Assembly: GCA_051532055.1 (NCBI GenBank)
Contig: JAOPTX010000015.1
Location: 1-60,170 of the forward strand
Origin: Fibrobacterales bacterium
Lineage (GTDB): Bacteria; Fibrobacterota; Fibrobacteria; Fibrobacterales; JAOPTW01
Length of the DNA stretch: 60,170 nucleotides
Reading direction: 5' to 3'
Shown: one piece after another, positions 56,187 to 60,170 of the stretch
How the letters are laid out: the number at the start of each line of letters is the position of its first letter
Numbering within the stretch: position 1 is the first letter of the stretch
Notes under the pieces: generated by a model
Told to the model about the DNA's origin: nothing
The model's database searches: none
The model's input: only the letters and a program-made list of their open reading frames with translations
Position numbers and translations under genes: made by a program

Positions 56187-57515
56187 ATGTTTCATGTCTT
56201 AAAATCAATTATGCTTTCTATGTTCCTTAGTGGTGTGGTTCTCACAGCACAAACTATTGAATTTAAATCAGGGTCAACACTTCATTATAAAGGGTCATTG
56301 GGGTATTCATTCTCCTGGTTCCCCTTTGACGATAGCGAAACCTTTAGACCCGAGTATTTAAATTCCTACAAGGGAGTGTTGGACTTAACCTACCAGTTTT
56401 CGGATGTTCCTGTGGAACTCAAATTTACTCCACGTTTTTATATTGACCTTAATGATAAGACTCTTCAGGCTAAAGGTTTATTTGGCATTGGAGAAGGGCG
56501 CAACAGGTTAGTTTTTGATGACCTTTACTTCGATTTTATTCAGGATTCATATGAAATTCGAGGTGGGTATCAAATATATTCATGGAAAACAGTAGAAGGG
56601 TATAGCTGGGTAGATTTCTTAAATCAAACCGACCAACAGATAGATTTAATGGATCCAGATAAAGTTTCAGAGCTGAGTCTTCGTACGAGAATAGTACTGC
56701 CGACCGAGACAGAACAGTATTTTGAAATATATTATTTGCCTTGGTTTACTCCCGCAAACTTCCCTCAGAAAGGTTCTCGTTTTGCCGTTGGTGATGGAGC
56801 TTTGAGTAACAAGCATGATGATGTTACTTACGGGTCCACAGATGAACGGTGGCGTCCTCAATATGCCCTCCGCTACCTCAGTACCTTTATGGATGAAATA
56901 GATTACACTCTCTTTTTCTATCACGGTTATGAACGTGGAGTGATCGCCAAAGCGAGTTATAATTCTGTCGGAGATTTTATCGGAGTACACCCTCATTATG
57001 AACCGGTGTATAAAACAGGGGGAACGTTTCAAGGGGTAATAGATGAATGGTTGATTAAAGGAGAACTTCTCTATCGACGATACGAAAATCGAACATTGAA
57101 AACCGTATTAAATGAACCCGTTGACGATTTGTGGGCAACCACTATTGGGACTGAATATACACTTTATTCTCCGATTATTAAAAATCATGATGTAGGAGTT
57201 ATTGCCGAGGCGGTAGTGAGTAGTGATTTGAATAAGAATTTTGATGAACTTGAAACATTCAGACCTTTCAATAATCATTGGTTCGCCGGCGCACGATACA
57301 CCTTTAATAATAAGTCAGACAGAGCAATACTCATCGGTAATTTTTCAAACCTATTGAAATATGAAAACACCGTAACCTTTGAATATTCTGAACGCTTTTT
57401 AGAGAGTCTCAGCATGAAACTCTCTGTCATGACACTTGTAGGCGAGGAGGACTCAGATTTGAGTTCATTAGATTACCTCAGCAACCTTTCAGCAGACGTG
57501 ACATACAACTTTTAA
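56187..57515 (+). CDS. Putative outer-membrane beta-barrel protein
   Basis: Signal peptide, G.Q.YSW...D.LN motif, alternating beta strands, C-terminal VTYNF. Confidence 0.72.
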   Translation: MFHVLKSIMLSMFLSGVVLTAQTIEFKSGSTLHYKGSLGYSFSWFPFDDSETFRPEYLNSYKGVLDLTYQFSDVPVELKFTPRFYIDLNDKTLQAKGLFGIGEGRNRLVFDDLYFDFIQDSYEIRGGYQIYSWKTVEGYSWVDFLNQTDQQIDLMDPDKVSELSLRTRIVLPTETEQYFEIYYLPWFTPANFPQKGSRFAVGDGALSNKHDDVTYGSTDERWRPQYALRYLSTFMDEIDYTLFFYHGYERGVIAKASYNSVGDFIGVHPHYEPVYKTGGTFQGVIDEWLIKGELLYRRYENRTLKTVLNEPVDDLWATTIGTEYTLYSPIIKNHDVGVIAEAVVSSDLNKNFDELETFRPFNNHWFAGARYTFNNKSDRAILIGNFSNLLKYENTVTFEYSERFLESLSMKLSVMTLVGEEDSDLSSLDYLSNLSADVTYNF

Positions 57516-57553
57516 TCAATGCATTCCTGAAATAGTAATGCAGAAGGGTAAAA

Positions 57554-60064
57554 ATGAAACACAAACAAAAAATATTTATAGAAAGAACCGCCGATTTTGT
57601 ATTGAAGAATCGTTGGTATATACTCGCAGCCAACCTAGTAGTAATGCTTGTACTCTTTGGCTTCATGGGAGCTAGAGGAAAAGCGTTTAATGAACACGTG
57701 GAGTACCTAACAGAGCTAAGAAATAATCCACTCAGTTTTGATTCTAACCATGTGTCACCGCGACCAATAATGGATCCGGATTACCGAGTATTTTTTAAAG
57801 AAGATAACCCTGATCTTATGGCATATGACAAGTTTCAGGAGGTTTTTGCAAAAGAAGATCAGGTTATTGTTGTGATACGGTCCAAATCAGGGAACTTGTT
57901 TACCAATGAAAATCTGAAGACGTTGAAGGCCATTACTGATAACGCATGGGCAATTCCTTATGTGTCACGCTCGGCAGGGCTCACGAATTTTAATTATACC
58001 TATGTTGGCGTTGAACCGGAAGATGAGGATGATGATGAATTTGATGCAGAACTTGATGACGGGTATGAAGAGTCTGCAGAAGATAATTTACTTGTTGAAG
58101 ACCTTATTACTACGCTCCCTTTAAGTCCAGAGCAACTTGACGCAAAAAAAGCTTTAGTATTGGGTGACTCATTATTGACTAAATTTATGATATCTAAAAA
58201 AGGTGATATCACTCAGATTTCACTCACTGCGATAGTGCCTCCAGCATTTCCTGACGGGTTTGAGGCGATTCGTGCGGGTGTCGAAAATTTGATACAGGAA
58301 CATGGCGCTCCTAATAATGATTTGGAGATAATGCTTGGGGGAACGGTCATGTTGAATTCAACATTTTTTGAATTCGCTATGGGTGATTTCAAGACAATGA
58401 CACCACTTATGTTTCTGTTTATTATCGGATTGTTGTTTCTTACCCTCAGATCAGGGTGGGGCACTATATTACCACTTATAGTGTTAGTATCATCATTTCT
58501 ATTCCCTATTTTACTGTTTGTTGGTGCGTTAAACTTCTCACTAACAAATCTTACTATGAATACAATACAGATATTAACTGCAGTTGCTATTGCAGACTCA
58601 GTGCATGTACTTTCAGTATTTTATAAAGAACTGCGGAAGGGGGAAAGTAAGTATGATGCTATAAAAATTACTATCGAGAAAAATTACATTGCCTGTCTTA
58701 TCACTACAATCACCACGGCAATTGGATTTTTTGGATTACTGTTACACGACATGCCTCCCTTTGCAGATCTTGGTCTTTTTGCAGGTGTTGGCACGTTGTA
58801 TGCTTTTGTGGCCACACTATATACGTTGCCCGCAATGCTTGCGATTCTTCCAATTAAAGCCTCTGCCAAGCAAGTTGAAAAAGCACAGTATTCAAAGGTG
58901 AATGCACTGTTTGAAAAGCTTGAAATGTTTATTCATGCCAAACAGAGTGGGATCCGTGTTGGTGCATTGCTATTAACTATTGCTGCTGTGTATTTTGCGA
59001 CACAGATAAAAATTGACAATACAACACTAAAATACTTCGAAGAAGGAACTGAGTTTAGAAGCGCAAGTGAGTATATGGATGAAAATATTATTGGCACAAA
59101 TCCTGTCGAGTTTCAATTTGACTCTGGGGAACAGGAAGGAATGAGTAATCCATTGTTTCTTAAAAAAATTGAGCGATTTGTAGAATATATAAAAGACTCT
59201 CCTGAATTTGATATTACCTATACTTCAAGTATTGTAGATGTCGTTAAACGGCTTAATAAAACAATGCATGGTGATAAAGATGAGTACTATACAATTCCCG
59301 TGAAAGATTCTGTTACTGCCGAAGGTGATACATTAGTTGCTAAAAAACTCATTGCTCAATACTTGCTCCTTTACGAGATGAGTCTCCCTCAAGGAATGGA
59401 TATGAATAATCAGCGAAGTATTGATAGAAGGTATGCACGGGTTACGGCATTTATGACATCGGCACCATCAACTAAGCAAATTGAAAATACTGAAGCATTA
59501 AATGCTTGGCTTAAAAAAGAGATGCCTGAAGTTAATGCTGTGGCTGTTGGAGTTCCGGTGATGTTTGGAAAAATGGCTAATCTGGCTATCCCAGGAATGC
59601 TCAAAGGGCTCGCGCTATCGCTCTTTATGATAACATTGACTCTTGCCATTACCTTTAGGTCGCTAAAAGTGGCACTGTTTTCTATGATCCCTAATATTTG
59701 GCCTATCCTTATAATGTTTGGTGGAATTGGTCTTTCAGGGGTAGAGGTTAATTTGTCAATAGCAATAGTAGGAATGATAACGCTCGGAATAGCCGTTGAT
59801 GATACTGTTCACTTTTTAGTAAAATATCAACACGCCCGACGAAGAGGGAATAGTAAGGATGAGGCAATAACCTGGACTTTTAAACAGGTAGGACGTCCTC
59901 TTCTATTTACTTCAATTATTTTGATTGCAGGATTTGGTATATTGATGCTGTCGCAATTTGCAATGAGTTCAGACATGGGTCTATACTGTTCGGTGGTTAT
60001 TGCACTAGCCCTTATTGCTGACTTTATTCTTCTGCCGGCTATGTTGCTGAAGTATCAAAAATAA
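57554..60064 (+). CDS. MMPL/RND-superfamily lipid exporter
   Basis: Two MMPL repeats, AIADSVH and GIAVDDTVHF, TTITTAIGF, ADFILLPA. Confidence 0.92.
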   Translation: MKHKQKIFIERTADFVLKNRWYILAANLVVMLVLFGFMGARGKAFNEHVEYLTELRNNPLSFDSNHVSPRPIMDPDYRVFFKEDNPDLMAYDKFQEVFAKEDQVIVVIRSKSGNLFTNENLKTLKAITDNAWAIPYVSRSAGLTNFNYTYVGVEPEDEDDDEFDAELDDGYEESAEDNLLVEDLITTLPLSPEQLDAKKALVLGDSLLTKFMISKKGDITQISLTAIVPPAFPDGFEAIRAGVENLIQEHGAPNNDLEIMLGGTVMLNSTFFEFAMGDFKTMTPLMFLFIIGLLFLTLRSGWGTILPLIVLVSSFLFPILLFVGALNFSLTNLTMNTIQILTAVAIADSVHVLSVFYKELRKGESKYDAIKITIEKNYIACLITTITTAIGFFGLLLHDMPPFADLGLFAGVGTLYAFVATLYTLPAMLAILPIKASAKQVEKAQYSKVNALFEKLEMFIHAKQSGIRVGALLLTIAAVYFATQIKIDNTTLKYFEEGTEFRSASEYMDENIIGTNPVEFQFDSGEQEGMSNPLFLKKIERFVEYIKDSPEFDITYTSSIVDVVKRLNKTMHGDKDEYYTIPVKDSVTAEGDTLVAKKLIAQYLLLYEMSLPQGMDMNNQRSIDRRYARVTAFMTSAPSTKQIENTEALNAWLKKEMPEVNAVAVGVPVMFGKMANLAIPGMLKGLALSLFMITLTLAITFRSLKVALFSMIPNIWPILIMFGGIGLSGVEVNLSIAIVGMITLGIAVDDTVHFLVKYQHARRRGNSKDEAITWTFKQVGRPLLFTSIILIAGFGILMLSQFAMSSDMGLYCSVVIALALIADFILLPAMLLKYQK

Positions 60065-60067
60065 TTT

Positions 60068-60086
60068 AGGCCCGAAAGGGCTGTTT
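60068..60086 (+). terminator. Short GAAA-loop hairpin after the MMPL gene
   Basis: GGCCC-GAAA-GGGCT followed by GTTT. Confidence 0.5.
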
Positions 60087-60170
60087 ATAAATATCTAGAC
60101 GGTTGAGTGGAGATAATATGCTTAGAACATAATTACCATTTATACAAAGGTATTAACAAAAAAAGGCCAG

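Noticed and set aside
40810..60170. Genomic island or prophage
   Set aside because: The content is accessory, but I see no integrase, tRNA, att repeat, transposase or phage gene

Overview
A 60 kb bacterial chromosomal segment, AT-rich and gene-dense, with about 54 CDS. I found no rRNA, tRNA, CRISPR array, integrase or transposase. A TIGR02147-family gene and Ser-rich lipoprotein linkers suggest a Fibrobacterota-like host (inference). Bases 1-9.5 kb are a surface-glycan region: a bacillosamine-type pglF/pglC/pglD/pglE set interrupted by an omptin-like protease, a GtrB-like GT2 and a GC-rich non-coding hairpin, followed by a TagF-like protein. Bases 10-40 kb are mostly housekeeping (rnr, queD, pilD, surE-gyrA-pssA-nadD, fdx, hisS, queF-serC, speA, metA, cysQ, rpsT, yigZ), mixed with c-di-GMP proteins and a two-component system. 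Bases 40.8-60 kb are accessory: a TIGR02147 regulator plus lipoprotein, a hybrid kinase, a clan GH-A hydrolase, a leader gene-czcCBA-PII cluster, arsR-arsP-thioredoxin, and a TetR-associated LolA-like/beta-barrel/MMPL operon with two visible operator candidates. Best candidates for undescribed biology are (i) the His/Cys-rich leader protein plus atypical RND pump plus PII-like module, (ii) the TIGR02147/lipoprotein pair, (iii) the structured intergenic element at ~4824-4951 and (iv) the TetR-LolA-barrel-MMPL trans-envelope system. All family calls come from motif recognition by eye; no searches were run. Several start codons were adjusted from the ORF track.
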